In this document: positions 20,470 through 34,675 of the stretch, piece after piece
Position numbering within the stretch: the first letter of the stretch is position 1
How the letters are laid out: every line of letters starts with the position of its first letter
Assembly: GCA_965644295.1 (NCBI GenBank)
Contig: CBFFRP010000297.1
Coordinates: 372,001-436,000, forward strand
DNA: 64,000 nt
From: Paraphysomonas bandaiensis
Lineage: Eukaryota; Protista; Chrysophyceae
Direction of reading: 5' to 3'
Position numbers and translations under genes: made by a program
Notes under the pieces: generated by a model
Seen by the model: the letters and a program-made list of their open reading frames with translations, nothing else
Databases searched by the model: none
Told to the model about the DNA's origin: nothing

Positions 20470-23400
20470 ATGGATCTCTCCCAGGAAGATATTGCGAGCA
20501 TAAACTCTGAGCAATCTCGCTCGCGAAACATAAGTAACTTGAAGAGACTGGGCGGAATCGATGGATTAATATCTCGACTAGGACTGTCAGTGGAGTACGG
20601 GCTAACCCCTGATCAACTTCTCTATAGCCGAGAAAAGTACGGCTGGAACAGCTTCCCGGAGTCCCCCACAACCCCTTTTTGTATGCTTGTTTTCGCAGCG
20701 CTAAATGATACCACTCTTATTATATTAATGGCGGCTGCGGTAGTGTCCCTTGTTATTGGGGTTCTGGAGAGTCCTAGTGAGGGGTGGATAGATGGAGCAG
20801 CTATTTTATTTGCAGTGTTTGTGGTGTCAATGGTGTCTAGTATCAATGACTATACCAAGGAACTACAGTTTCGCGAGTTGGAGAAGTCATCTCAACAAGA
20901 CGAGCGATGTTCGGTGCTTCGAAATGGTGGAGTGATCGAACGAATTAATCCATCAGATATTGCTGTTGGTGATATTGTTATACTTCAGGTTTTCTTTCTT
21001 GCCTCTTCACGTTGTTTTTGAAATTCTATGTTCAGGCTGGTGACAATATTCCAGCGGACTGTGTGATATTGACACGGAACGAAGTCAAATCAAATGAATC
21101 AGGACTCAATGGTGAGTCGGACGATGTCAAGAAATCTGCTGAGGGCGACTGTTTTCTTCTCTCCTCCTGTCTTTTAACTGAAGGTCGGCCTTATCTACCG
21201 ACTGCGGTGTTTGCTCAGTGACACATTACTTGCGCAGGCGAGGAGGTACGCGCAGTGGTGATAGGTATTGGCCTGAACTCCCAGTGGGGAAAGATAAAGG
21301 CCAACTTGGTTTCGGAGGCTGTGAACACTCCTCTTCAAGATAAACTTGAAGATATTGCGGAGAAGGTGCGTGCATATATATGCTGGGTGCGGTTATGATT
21401 GCCGGTCTAAGTTCTGGTACAGATTGGGAAAATTGGACTTGTATTTGCAGTAGCAACTTTCACTGTGATGTTTGTGTCCATTTGGACACGTGATCATGGA
21501 CACAGCGTTGCAGGAGGAGTGATTGAAGCTTTTATTCTTGCTGTCACGATAATCGTTGTTGCGATTCCTGAAGGGCTACCACTGGCTGTCACAATTTCTT
21601 TAGCATACTCCACAAAGAAGATGTACCAAGATCAGTGTTTCATCAGAGTCCTAGCCGCATGTGAAACCATGGGTAATGCTACAAATATATGTTCTGATAA
21701 AACTGGGACATTAACAGAAAACAGAATGACTGTGGTCGAGGGTTGGTTTGCGGGTGTCGCACTGTCAAGCGATCAGTTCACTGATAATGCTGTAGATATT
21801 GTTGTCAAGCGCATTCTCGTGGAAAACTTCTGTGTTAACCGACAGGCATATCTGGTGACAATGGACGATGATGGTCGACCGCTGCATAGGCCTACTATAG
21901 TAGGTAGTAAGACTGAGGGTGCACTGATGCTTTTGGCACTGCAATGGGGTTTTCAGTATGACCATGTTGCTGCCGAATGTTTCAGTGAGGCTCGTGGGGA
22001 CAGAATATTCGCTTTCAACTCATCAAAGAAAAAATCTACAGCAGTGGTACATAGGCCAGATGGGACAGTACGGGTTCTATGTAAGGTACAGTACACTTCG
22101 CTGAGTACACACCGACCTTGATATACTTACTCCTGTTTGAATTCATTTTAGGGTGCAACAGAGTGGGTACTGAAAACCTGTACCTCCTATCTGTGTCAGA
22201 ATGGTGACACTTATCCTCTTTCAGACGAGACTAGGACAGGTTTTTATCGCTAATTATGTGTACCGCATAGTTATTTAATTCTTGGGGTAGATATTGAGTC
22301 TCATATTGATAAAATGACGAAGAAGTCTCTGCGGACGCTATGCATTGCACATAAAGATTACCCTTCTGCAGGTGGGGTATAGTTTATTAATATGTTGTTG
22401 TGATTTGGATATAACTGAGTATTCAGAGGATCTCCCACATGGGTGGGAGACTGTGGCACCTGATGACGGGGATCTCTGTTGTGACTGTATTGTTGGTATA
22501 GCTGACCCTTTACGCGCGGATGTCAAAGATGCCGTACGGGAAGCACAAGAAGCAGGTAATATACGGGCTTTATCAATCTAAGCTATGCTTTGTGACTTAG
22601 TGATAGGTGTATTTGTGCGAATGGTGACTGGGGATAACTGTGAGACAGCCAAAGCTATAGCGAAAGAGTGTGGGATTCTCACTGAGGGTGGGTTGGTCAT
22701 CGAAGGACCAGAGTTTCGAGCAATGTCGCCTTCCCAGGTATGACAGTGCGTTGTGGCAATTGTCATTGCCAACACAACACTGTAACAGGTGGACGCCATA
22801 CTACCACGACTGCAGGTCATGGCACGATCCTCCCCGGACGACAAATTTTTATTAGTTGTGAGATTGAATGGTCGAAATCTTCCTTCGAATCAGGAGGAGT
22901 GGGAGCATTTCCATCGGGGAAAAGTAGGCGTAAGTTGGGCTTTAGACCGAGAGAGACTTATGCCTGGATACAAGGAAGAATGGGAAAGCGCCCGTCCTGA
23001 AGGGCCACAGGTTGTTGGAGTCACAGGGGATGGAACCAACGATGCTCCAGCTTTGAAGGTAGCCCACTGTATGTGTATTCTATGTATGTGCTGTTTGCAG
23101 TGTAGTGAAACCTTGTGTAGGCAGCCGATGTGGGCCTTGCGATGGGTGTTACTGGAACTAAGGTCGCGCAGAGTGCATCCGACATTGTTATCCTCGACGA
23201 CAAATTCAGCTCCATTGTGCGTGCCATTATGTGGGGACGCTCTGTGTATGACAACATCAGGAAGTTTCTTCAGTTCCAGCTCACTGTTAACATTGTGGCA
23301 CTCTTCGTAGTGTTTATTGGTGCGTGCGCAGGTTTTGATCCTCCCTTGAACGCGGTAATGATGCTCTGGGTAAATCTCATTATGGATAGTTTTGGCGCTC

Positions 23401-24242
23401 TTGCCTTGGGCACAGAACCTCCTACAGCAGTCTTACTAGACAGGAAGCCGTATAAGATAAATGCTAGTCTGGTTTCGCGCCCAATGTGGCGAAATATATT
23501 TGTGCAGAGTGTCTTCCAACTCTGCCTGCTGCTGCTTATATTATTCCAGGGCTCTTCTTTTTTGGGGACAAAGGAATACAGGTGGTGCGAGGAATATGAT
23601 GTTCACTCACCATCGGGTAATCTTTGGGATCCGTATACAGGACAGCAGTCCCTGGACAATACAACTGCCACAGTGTCGTGCTATACTTTTGATGACGTGT
23701 GTGAATCTCATAGCGGCCACTGTTTTGAGTCAAAGCATGATATTATTGAGGAAGAACTTGGCACCGAGCCCGGTCACTTTTCATTTGAAGACTTAAAGGA
23801 CTTCAGGAAGGAGTGCTTGCAATGTACACGTACCGACATCACTCTGAGCACCATTACTTTCAATACATTTGTTTTCTGTCAGGTGTTCAATGAATTCAAC
23901 TCCCGTCGCCTATTTAATGAATGGAATATAGTGAGTGGGCTCAATAAAAATCCTATATTTTTGGCTGTAGTTGCCTTTACTATTGTTACGCAAATATTCT
24001 TGGTTCAAATAGCTGGAAAATTTGTTGGGACTACCCCACTAACTGCTACCCATTGGGGTATATGTGCAGGACTTGCAGCACTAACCATTCCCGTTGGCTT
24101 TTTAATGCGTTTGATTCCTATTAGTGAAAACCCTCATAGCTTCTTTGACAGTGGTGTCGGCCAAGCGCCAGATGGCAAGAAAACTATTATCAAGGACTGT
24201 ATAAGTGATGATGATGTATCGCAACCTCTCCTTAGTATGTAA
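20470..24242 (+). CDS. P-type IIB (PMCA/ACA-type) calcium-transporting ATPase, multi-exon
   Basis: [55 protein letters not shown]; about 9 short introns. Confidence 0.95.
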
Positions 24243-24569
24243 ATTTATGTTTAGTTTAAAATGGATCTGATTCTTTTATTAGGGCAACATAGGGCCGAAG
24301 AACTGAGATATTCTGATCACTTGTAGTAGATACCTTGTTATGAAGTCAAGATCAGTAATACGCTAGGCACAACATCAACGGATAGATGGTATCAGAGTTT
24401 TTTAGTCACGGGAAATTAAAAAACTTTGTGTTGCCGTTCAAGAACTTCTTGGTTTTGGATTCTTGTTCTGTTCTTCTATATAGATCAACTTCTAACGTAA
24501 GCCTTGTATAACGACTACGGGTGATTGAGCCTCGCTATCATGATCATCCCTGTCCATGTGCACAGGTGA

Positions 24570-26600
24570 TGTAGGGTAGGAATAGTCTTCTCACAACACT
24601 CTTCACTTAGCTTACTCTTCTTACTCTTTACTTCGCTACTTCTTAACTTTCAACCCAACTACGATATCAACTCTCTACTATATCTAAAATCCATATCCTT
24701 CTACCTATATTCCCATAGTTAATTCTAGAAGCGGTTTCCCAGCCATAAATAGCTAGTTTTCTACTTCCAGAAATAATCATATAGAAATCCCTTAACATCC
24801 TGTTATCTACTCCTATATCATCCTACAGAATACCTACGTATACCATCCTAGTACTGTACGGGTTACCATCATAAACGTCCGTCACATCCGTATATACGGA
24901 TAGTTCCGGTACACTCCAACCCTATATCTGGCCTTAATACTCGTATCTTCTAATCTAATCTTGCCTACCATCTACATCATCTCATCTCATACTACAACCT
25001 ACATCACTTCATCTTATTCTTCAGCCATAACAACCTCCTAAATCACCCATACTTGTCATACCCAATTTTGCTACACTTCCCCCTCATCCAAGACCTGAAT
25101 AGGTCCAACAACATATAGCGATCTGGCTTCATATCGACCACATGAACTCTCACAGATTCATTCTGCATCATTGTCTTACACAATACTGGTTAGGGCATTA
25201 TTGTCTTGTCTTCCACACAGTATTGACCCTCCGTTCTTCCGTCATATTATCTTGATACACTGGATGTTCTGCTACCCGATGTCTCGTCTTAGCCATCCAT
25301 TTCATTGTTTCTGCGTATGACTTCCCTTTCATGACAACAGGTATACCCTCTGGTGTTCGCACCACAAAAGCACGATGCTCTTTCAACTCCTTCACCTTCG
25401 CTCCTTCCTATAAGCATGAAGCCGTCATATTAGGTATGAGATCAAACTTCAATAATGTCTCCCAACATTTCACCATAATACTCCACTCCGTCTATCCGCA
25501 TACATAGATATACATGCTTTGACACTCGTTCCGGACTTCTTCCTTGTCCTGTAGCTCCCATCACCAAATATTGTTGATCCCTTGGATACTCATGAAATTC
25601 TAAACCCACTACCTCTGCTAGCCCTTCATGCATGAATGCTCCCTCTGATCCACCATGATCCACATGAATTGCCATCGGTATTGTCTCTCCTCTTACAATC
25701 GCTTCTCCACACCACCAAGGTAAAGTATTCATCCTTATCTTCTTATCATCATGTTGTGCCGGTGACGACATCGTATGTGTCACACTGACTTTTCTATTAG
25801 ACACTTGCTGGTTTCCATCCTCTGACTTCACCGTCTCTAATCCTCTGGTTTCCTCTACCCTGTCCTTTTGGTTGGCTCTTCATGGCTTATATCCGTTAAA
25901 CTCCGCACATTTCATATATATATGTCCCGTCATCTTTCTTCCTATCGTCTTCAAATATGGACAATAACGGTTCATGTAGTGTTTAAACCCACATATCGCA
26001 CACTGACTTAAGGAACTTCCATGGTCGGGTACTTCTATCTAGTCCTTCAATCCGTCGCTCACGCTTTTCTGGAGCTGCTCTTCCCGCATACACTCCATGT
26101 GACCTCTTACCACCTTCTCACTCTTTTACTGTTAAGACTGTCTTGATTCACTATCCGAGGTACAATTTGTGCCACAGTAGACACTAAAAAGTACCGATCA
26201 TATTGCACGTTCCTCACTCCCATACACTGCTTTATTTGGATAATGCTCTCCACTTCATCTGCTACTCTTTTACCTACATATATATTATCCGTAGACACAT
26301 GAATCAACTTTGCTGTGTAGGAAATTTTCCACTAACATGTTCTCTTACCCAGCAGTGATACTACTTGTTGATGTCAATATGCTTCGACCCCTTATATCAT
26401 ACACTGGATTCTCGGAAAGATTCTTTGCACTCTTACTGTCCATCATAAAGAATGGAGTCGGCTTTTCGCTACCAAGAGTCCAAGCTCCTTCTTGAACACC
26501 CCCCGAAGCCACACCAGTTTTTGCATAGCCGCATTCTCCGCCATATATACTCAGATTCAATGCTTGAAGTCGCAACTGTGGTCTGAAGCTTGGACTGCCA
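24570..26600 (-). mobile_element. Decayed LTR-retrotransposon remnant (gag/protease-like, probably Gypsy-type) with a possible LTR at ~24570-24913
   Basis: CAICGFKH...C knuckle near 26000; protease-like HVDHGGSEGAF; TGTA...TACA-bounded segment. Boundaries uncertain. Confidence 0.5.
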
Positions 26601-27189
26601 GGCCAAAGCGCCCGCACAAAAAAACACGAGTCATCCTATCACCAGCCCAGTCCGAATCACTGAATACATGTAAATCAAACTCACTCCCCCACTGAATCTG
26701 ATGCCCTCATCAACTGTACCACACGTAAATACTTCAACAAATAATGAATAGCTATATTATATATATAAGAAAGTATGATTATAATTTTGTTGGCACTTTA
26801 CTACTCTGATAGAGTGAAGCTAATTTATACCACAGTATTGGTGCACGAATAACAACATCAGTAATAATATGTTAATCTACACACATCTACTACTAATTAT
26901 TTATGTCGGTGCTACTATCGGTAACAAGCGATATCATCCTCTATTGGTTAACGCCCCGGCGGAACTACTTGTGCATTGCTGCGAGCACCATGATGGTGCA
27001 ACTGTTCCGGCTAATGCATTAGTCCGGGGGGCATCCTCTAGGAAACACCTCTTTTGTACTAGTCTTAGAGGAGTTGGGAACTATATGCGTTTCGGAGTCA
27101 TGAGGCGAAACGGATTTGTGTGGTAAATGAATAGCTAATTCTTGCAAGCTGCATAATATATATTATGTTAGACAAGTACTAAATCAAGC

Positions 27190-27570
27190 TAATAACCCCA
27201 CAGCATAGTAATCCAGATCAGGTCCAGTATGAATTGCCAAATGCAACACCGCTCCAATAAATTATTCGCCTATATATGGAAATGATTCAACCCACTGCTT
27301 TTCTGCTCCTCCGTCGTCAGCTCACGTTGCTCTGCCAACAAGTCCTGAACATTGTTGGTAGGTAGTGGAATCTCCTTGTTCTTACTGCTCTTTCCCATAA
27401 ATGAACTGAATTTCTTAACAATATATTCTTGGCATACTCAGATTGATCTAACATATACCAGTTGTCACCTCTTGTGATCCGGAAATTCAAAAAACGCTTA
27501 CACACACCCAGATCGTGCATCTCAAATGTTTCGCAGAACCTACGCTTAACACTTTTTCTATAAGTAGTAG
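27190..27570 (-). mobile_element. Copia reverse-transcriptase fragment
   Basis: FEMHDLG..RFLNFRITR..LDQSEYAKNIL, then FPY...IGAVLHLAIHTGPDL. Confidence 0.8.
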
Positions 27571-27599
27571 GTGAGATCAGCAGATGCAATTATGATATA

Positions 27600-30278
27600 T
27601 TATATATACATATATCATCAACATAAAAATTATAATATATATATCAACAGTAAATATATATATGCATCCACCTTCTGGCATGGATATCCCTGAAGAAGGC
27701 AAAGTACTCAAACTACTTAAAAGTATCTATGGTCTAAAAAGCAAACAGGTCTTAACTGGTATAAAAGTGCTGTACAAATTTTATGCTAGATATATATATG
27801 GGCTTTACCAGGCTAATATCTCACCCGTGTATATATTCAAATATAGCAGAATAATGGCAGGATTATGCTAATATAGCCATCATGTATATTATAGCATCTG
27901 CATCCGACACTGATATCCAACAATTCAAAGACCACTTATCCAAAAAGTTCGAAATTAAGGATCTCGGACTCTTAAATTATTACTTAGGCATTTCCATCCA
28001 TTAAGACTTCGATAAGAATAATATCATGACTCTAAGTCAGGAACTATATATATATGTATGTCACCAAAATACAGGACAAATTTAATATATTTTATGTCCA
28101 ACTGCAAACCAATGTCTACACCAATGTTGCTCTCATTCAACTATGATTTGCATGAATTCAATCATTTATCGGACTCGAATCAACGATATGTTCAAAACTG
28201 CTCATACAAGGAGCTCATTGGATCCCTGATGTATCTAGCTGATGAATGCACTCGACCGGACATCGCCTACGCAGTCAACACTCTTGCCAGATTTTCTGAC
28301 ATGCCTAAAATCTAACTACCTGTAATGCTGCGCTACATGTTCTTAGGTACCTCAAAGGCACTGCTAAGCAAGGATTGCTATATTCTAGATCTCACATAAC
28401 ATACATTGTCAGGGTACTGCGATAGCGATTGGGCGCGATGTCACCTCACTCTACGGTCCACTACAGCATTTACATTCTTCATAGGTAATTGTCTTATATA
28501 ATGGCAATCTCGATTACAGACAACAAGTGGCATTGTCATCATCTACTGAAGCTGAGTATATGGCTCTATCGTCAGCAGCTCACAGGAAGCATAATATGGC
28601 TATGCTCTTTATTATCAGAAATTGGTTTCAAACTTCCATTCTCAACAACTATTTGGTGCGATAATAAACGTGCAGTCCAATTATGTTACAATCCTACCCA
28701 TCACCGCCGAACAAAACATATCGCGATTCGATATCACATTATTCGAGAACATATTTCCGAGAATCTATTGACTGTTGATCATATACCCACCAAGTCAATG
28801 TCAGCCGATCTTCTTACAAAACCACTAGGAGCAACTAACTTTCTCACATTGCAGACTACATTGATGGGGGGGGGCTGGGTTCGACATTCCATCCAGCAAC
28901 AACAGAAAGCGATCAACAACCTCTGAGACACCCAAATTACAATTACCAAGCCACAAGCGACCTAGGTGGCTAGTTTGAGTTACATGGAGTTTTTACCACT
29001 TTTTTATTATTTAGTTTTGTTCAATACATACATGATACTAGACTAGAAGGGTGGTCTCACAATATGGCATCTCTGCAGTTCACTTATTATTGACTAGTGA
29101 CTGTTACTCTGGTTACTCTCAGTGTGTATATAGTTATATTTAACCACGGGCAATAAGGAGGCTATATCGTCCCGCGCTCAAAATTTTGAAACGAGGGCGA
29201 AAAGCCCGAGTTTTAAAATTTTGACAAGGGACGATACTCTTATCCCTAGGTTAAATTGTAGCTTATCCTCATGACGTTGAAACGTTAATATTACATTGTA
29301 TAGCTATTTGTAGCATGCTTGCTGTATAAAGAAATAGATGTTCCCTGATTAACATTAAGAACACAAATGAGAACTCAAATCAATGATATGTATACTGTAA
29401 GTGTGAGAATGAATGTGAACAGTTGAAGGTGAAAGAGAGGCTTCTTATTCCCTTAATTAGCATCATCATCACATTAATATACAGCAGGCTTTACCTTTGC
29501 AAGTGCATCTGATCGAATGATGTGTGTATGATATGAGGGCACACAATATCATGAGAAGCACGATATGGCTCAAACCCTGAAAGAACTGGGTGTCACTGCT
29601 CCTAACCACCTATCTAGCATCAGATACGGTACTTAAACTCTCCTGTAATGTCCTTGAAGTTGTTTCGAAGTCCTGGATATGAAGACAGATCACTTGCACT
29701 GACATCGTTGTGATCTTATACAGCAGTCGAAGGATGGAATTTAACTTGGAGTGTCTAATGGTTTAACTCATGATTGTGGTTTCTCTATAATTGTGTGTAC
29801 TATAATGAAATCACATATATACGACTGTCATTATCATACTTAGGATAGAAGTGAGCTTCTGTTGAACCCAATATTGAAGTTGAATGTCTATATTTGCCCG
29901 GTGCTGATATGAGCGCCCTGTTGAGACAAAATCAGGTCAAAAAAAAGCTTTTTTTGAGACAAAATGGGGATAAGTTCATATTCTCTCTATCATCTACGGT
30001 TTATTGATTATTTCATTGAGGGGGCGTATTAGGATTCAGCTTAATACAAGACAGTACCTCTGAGTTATAATGTTCAATGAAATATATCATGAACTGAATT
30101 AGAGAGAGTATCTGTTGAAGGTACATGATCGTCATTATCAGTTACACTTCTAACTATTCCGTTGTGCATGATAGTTATGTTTTATATTGTCATTCATAAT
30201 TCTCACTTTACTGTGTTCATCACTTACACTCTAATGATCACAACATTGCTTTACTATTACTAAGATCAATTCTTTATT
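27600..30278 (+). mobile_element. Degenerate 3' half (RT-RNase H, UTR, 3' LTR from 30027) of the same family as the intact Copia
   Basis: Near-identical peptides (KPMSTPMLLSFNYDLHE, HHRRTKHIAIRYH). The 3' UTR and LTR start tattaggattcagcttaatac match the reverse complement of 9665-10140. Confidence 0.92.
29131..29969. mobile_element. TIR-less ~840-bp insertion with a long subterminal hairpin (possibly Crypton-like, non-autonomous)
   Basis: Absent from the intact Copia 3' UTR; flanked by ata/ata; hairpin at 29138-29256; left end repeated at 55720. Confidence 0.7.
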
Positions 30279-30285
30279 AAATTAC

Positions 30286-31434
30286 TTATGGTGGTTTAAA
30301 CCCATGTTTATACATATACGCAGCTGACAAGGCGGTGGCTAATCCAGTGCCAACCAAGCATATCAGTGACAATCCGAGTAACTCTGTACCAGATGCGATG
30401 TGGCTACCACTGTATGTTATTCGGCGGTGCCAGAACTTCAAGAAGACATTAAAAAGTTTATTATCAACCCAAAAAGGTAGGGCCGGATCAATATACGGTA
30501 CGTTGTCATTACCGGCAGTAAGAACGTCGCGTACGAAGCGAAAAGTCATGCCCCACAGCACCCACACTTCTTCTGGGGTTTTAGCGGATGTGTACGAACC
30601 AGCATCTTTGGTCTCATTACCTGGGAATATGGGACCATATATGGGAAGATTGATGCAAGGGAAGTATATAGTGGAGCAGTTGAAGAGCCAGGCAAGCTTA
30701 TAGGCTATAAACTTCCGGATTTTTTGTTTTTCTCCAAAACGAAAGAAGAGCTCTGGTAGAGAGGCAGACCGGACATCTAGAGTGTTTGTATTGCGCCGCA
30801 GAAGTTCTTCTACATTTACCCAGGCAGCCGCAGCAACTTCAGAGGGTTGAAGTGCCAACAACGGACCAGAAGACTTCATGTACAGAAATACGTGGGGGGT
30901 AATGACCTTATGGTTATCGCCAAAATTTGTGTTCCGCAGCCGGCCCAGCCATGCGAACTGAGATGTATCACTCAAATCCAGACCCAATTCTTCACGTACC
31001 TCTCTAAGAAATTGTAACAGCGTATTAAAGTGAATGAAATGTTTAAAGTACCGATGCTGTTACCTTTTCACGCCACACATATCGGACTCATCAATATCGA
31101 TGAACCCGCCGGGAAAGGCAGTATCTACATAACATTTACGACAGACGTAATATAGAAATATGAAAATACCTCCACTCCATCTATCGCCTCCGCGATGTGT
31201 ACGCCTTATAAAAAGCATCTCAACATCGCTGTTATCAAGGTAGTTCAAGGCATCTGAAGGTGATCTTATAATGATATCAGTATTCGGCATTCTCGGCAGA
31301 ATCCGGAGTATGCATGCCACCGAAGCACAGTGATATTTCGACGTCACACAAGGAATTCCATCTGAAAACTTCAACGGTGCATCCCGAATGATGCTCGAAA
31401 GAAAATATTTAGTTGACATACTTCGTGATGTCAT
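30286..31434 (-). CDS. Nudix hydrolase (CoA pyrophosphatase-like) with a hydrophobic C-terminal anchor; 3 exons
   Basis: LFIRR..DRWSG|DTAFPGG..DESDMCGVKR|EVREELGLDL (Nudix box), LQPSEVAAA, LWGMT. Confidence 0.85.
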
Positions 31435-31955
31435 TATCTGCTCACAGATTGCAGGAAAACACTAAATAAGATAAAGAGGTTCAAGCAGCGTACATCACTA
31501 CACAGAAATCGTAATGAAATGAAGATTACTACAGCGTGTACCGCATTCTCACGTCTCTTGAATAGTGGGCATATGAGTGTGGGCAGGTTATAAGGAGTCA
31601 CTGAACTGCTGAAGCAAAGTGTTGGGTGTATGCAAACTATATACTTTTGTAGGTGTATACAGAGTGTACATACAATGCTATGCCACGCTAAACCTATACG
31701 ATCCAGAATACAATACCAATACCGTAAAATACATATCTGCATCAGGATGCTTGCACTCGTGTTTCAGCGGCACTCTTGGTGCTGCTTCATACACCGCATA
31801 CATATTTGTGTCAAAGCAAAGGCCGAAAAAAATCAAACAGTACATACTACATACTATCATATACTAGAAAAACTCGATTAAACACTTCTCGACGTGATAT
31901 CAGTGATATCAAAGTGGGCAAAGACTGGAACACATTGTCCCCTATTTGTTTTACA

Positions 31956-33010
31956 ATGGTACATAAAGTGCTCTACTCAGATCGTGAGTCCCGTGCCGAT
32001 GCAGTGACTATTGCAGACAACCAATACATATGTGGTCTATCCAGATTAGAGGTATGAGAGCCGGTTAGGCTAAGAGACATGCGTTATAACTGTAAAATAT
32101 AGGGAAATATATGGGATGGAAGAATTGTATCAATATGTGCTCGCAGCAGAGATATTACCGCTGATGTTCGGCTCAATGCAGGAGTGAGTCGCCTTTGTTC
32201 TCTAGGATCCAACATTGTAGCTGCACGAGATGATGGGTGCGTATCTGTATACTCCTCAAACTTGGACCATATTGTTACGGCTTTGGCCCATGATGATATG
32301 GTGTATAGTGTGACAACCAATACAACTCATACATGCCAGTTTGTTAGTGGTGGGTGGGATGGTACTTGTGGCGTTTGGGAACTTGGGGATAAGGGGGACC
32401 TTGAGTCCATTGTTCACTTTAAGGGACATGGCAGTGCAGTGAACGACCTCAGCTACTGTCCACAAAAGGGATCCGGATCAATCTTCTGCACGGTTGGATT
32501 TGATGGATTCCTACGAGTGTGGGACACGCGCACAAGCTCCACTGATGGCTGCCAGTCCCTGATGTGTTTAGAACAAATTGGTTGTTCTTGTTCTTGGGAT
32601 GATCGAAACGAGTATGGTATATATTGTGGTCTTGAGGACGGATACTTGGTTCACTATGACTCACGTAAATGTGATTTCACCTCAGAAGAACATCTCCACG
32701 ATGGCAGAATAAGCAGATTGATGTCTCTTTCCTCCAGCCCAGAAAAAGACATAGCAGCGGATGTAGGGTTGATGTCGGCCTCAGACGACCACACCCTGAG
32801 ATGTACAAGAGGTGCTTCAGAGCATTTTTCAAGGTAAGAAATACATATGCATACTTTAAGCGCTCATTACTTTCTCTTAGGGTATATGACCCCGTAAGCT
32901 ACCCGTTGGATGTATGTACGCTGAGGACAAGCAACGATTGTTTAGAAGTAGTGTCCGCGTGGAGTGATGGTTCTCTCCGTCTGAATAATATATCTGATTT
33001 TAAAAAATAG
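31956..33010 (+). CDS. WD40-repeat protein, MEP50/WDR77-like; 3 exons
   Basis: LSRLE|GNIWDG, ARDDGCV, AHDDMV, SGGWDG..VWEL, GHGSAV, DGFLRVWDTR; introns 32052-32102 and 32834-32880. Confidence 0.8.
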
Positions 33011-33139
33011 GTACATATATATGAAATTGAACAAATTATTATTGTGTATTAAAGTGCTTCTAACTTATAATTTGTTCTCAATTTCACATCGGGATACTAT
33101 TTCCTGAATATTTTTTTAAATTCTTGTAGACTATGATAG

Positions 33140-34085
33140 TGTTGGAATACGTCTGGTTCTCTAAGATAGTACTGTAGAATACGTTAAATACAATGTGAAA
33201 AACAGTAATACGTAGTCAATAGTCAAAGGTGCTATATAGCTATAACTGTGAAACTGAGGTATTATATCATGACGATTCAAGATACGGAAGTTGAGCAGTG
33301 GTTGACATAAACGAACTAATTTATCATGTTGTTGACATGTGTTACATGACAACACACACAATTGTGTATACGTGTATACAATTATCATACCGTAATCTAT
33401 CTAGTTTGACTAACTTAAACTTCTCTTGAAACGGTCTTAATCATCTGAAAATGGTCAATACTCAATACGGTAGCGAATGCGGAGGAGAGAAGGAGGATAG
33501 AGCTGATGTTCCATGGTTCGACGAGAGCAACGTTGAGCAATGGATCGAAGATTTTGAGACGTTCCTTACGAGAAAGGAGCAGAGTGAGGTGGCTCTAGAA
33601 ATGCCACCAGAGGAAAGAGGACTTCGGAATTCAACCCCTGAACAGTCTTAAGACCAAGTCCTACAAGGAAGCGGTGGACAAGTATTGGAAGGCGAATGCA
33701 ATTGCTTCCTCATACTGCAGAGAGGCGATGAAGCGATCTCCGAAGGCGCTGCAGAAATTTCATCTGAAGCACAAGGAGTTCAAGGCAGCTGAAGGAAGGA
33801 TTAACAAGTTCAGCGCCAAAGAGATGGTTAGCACTTTGAAATCGTGTTTTGAAGGAGGAAAACAAAACAAGATTAGTGTTCTGCTCGCTCAGTTAGGATC
33901 ATATGAAGCCAGGGGAGACCACGAAAGAATATGTACTGCGTTTTGAGCTGCTTCTCCGTAAACTTCAGGCGCATAACCAAACGGTAACGGAAGAATCAAA
34001 AATTAGTCGGCTGAAGGAGGGAATTATCAGTGATGAATATGACGGTTTGAATTATGCCCTGTATTTAATGCCCGATGATGTATAA
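33140..34085 (+). mobile_element. 5' LTR plus frameshifted gag of an LTR retrotransposon
   Basis: Starts TGTTGGAATACG and is homologous to 44900-45804 (reverse). Gag-like peptides VPWFDESNVEQW and MKPGETTKEYVLRFELL..EESKISRLKEG. Confidence 0.75.
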
Positions 34086-34086
34086 T

Positions 34087-34630
34087 TAGATCTGATTATT
34101 ACATGAGAGAACTTGTTGCATTTATCTATCTATTACTTTAGACTAGTTGTAACACAAATTATGAAATGCTCAGTTATCTCGGGACTGCTTGTGCATTTCA
34201 ACGTATCTAATCGCCACCCTTACTTACAATATATATTATATACTGATTTAGCAATAGGCAGGTAAGTGTTAAAACTAAACAGAAATCTATCTAGACTTAA
34301 TACCAATATCCTACTATGCATAAATTACTCACAAGTAACCCTCAGTAAATTCACTTTGTGCACATAAAGCCACAAGCGTAGAAAAGCACTCATATCAGCC
34401 ATCCGAATCGTTGAAAAAGATTATTACTTTACATAAAATAAAAAAATATAATAAACTAATATATTTCCACAACACAACATACAAAGTTAGCTGAAAAAAC
34501 TATCAAGCATTGATTCTGCTTTATCTAATTTGTGAATAAATGCTTTATTGTGAGTCAAGTTAGGGGCTACTCCGATCCCCCGCTCTTGATCAGGAACACC
34601 TTCAACTTTCTTGTACCGTTTGTTCTTTTA
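34087..34630 (-). mobile_element. Probable 3' end of a non-LTR retrotransposon
   Basis: tctgattattacatgaga end motif shared with the 5359 and 44987 inserts; atttagcaataggc shared with the LINE 3' UTR (~1310). Confidence 0.45.
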
Positions 34631-34675
34631 CACAAGAGATAATTATCACAAAATAAAAATCGCACAAAGTATAAT

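Noticed and set aside
24387-24397. TGGTATCAGAG PBS-like motif on the plus strand
   Set aside because: No identifiable LTR or gag in the matching orientation
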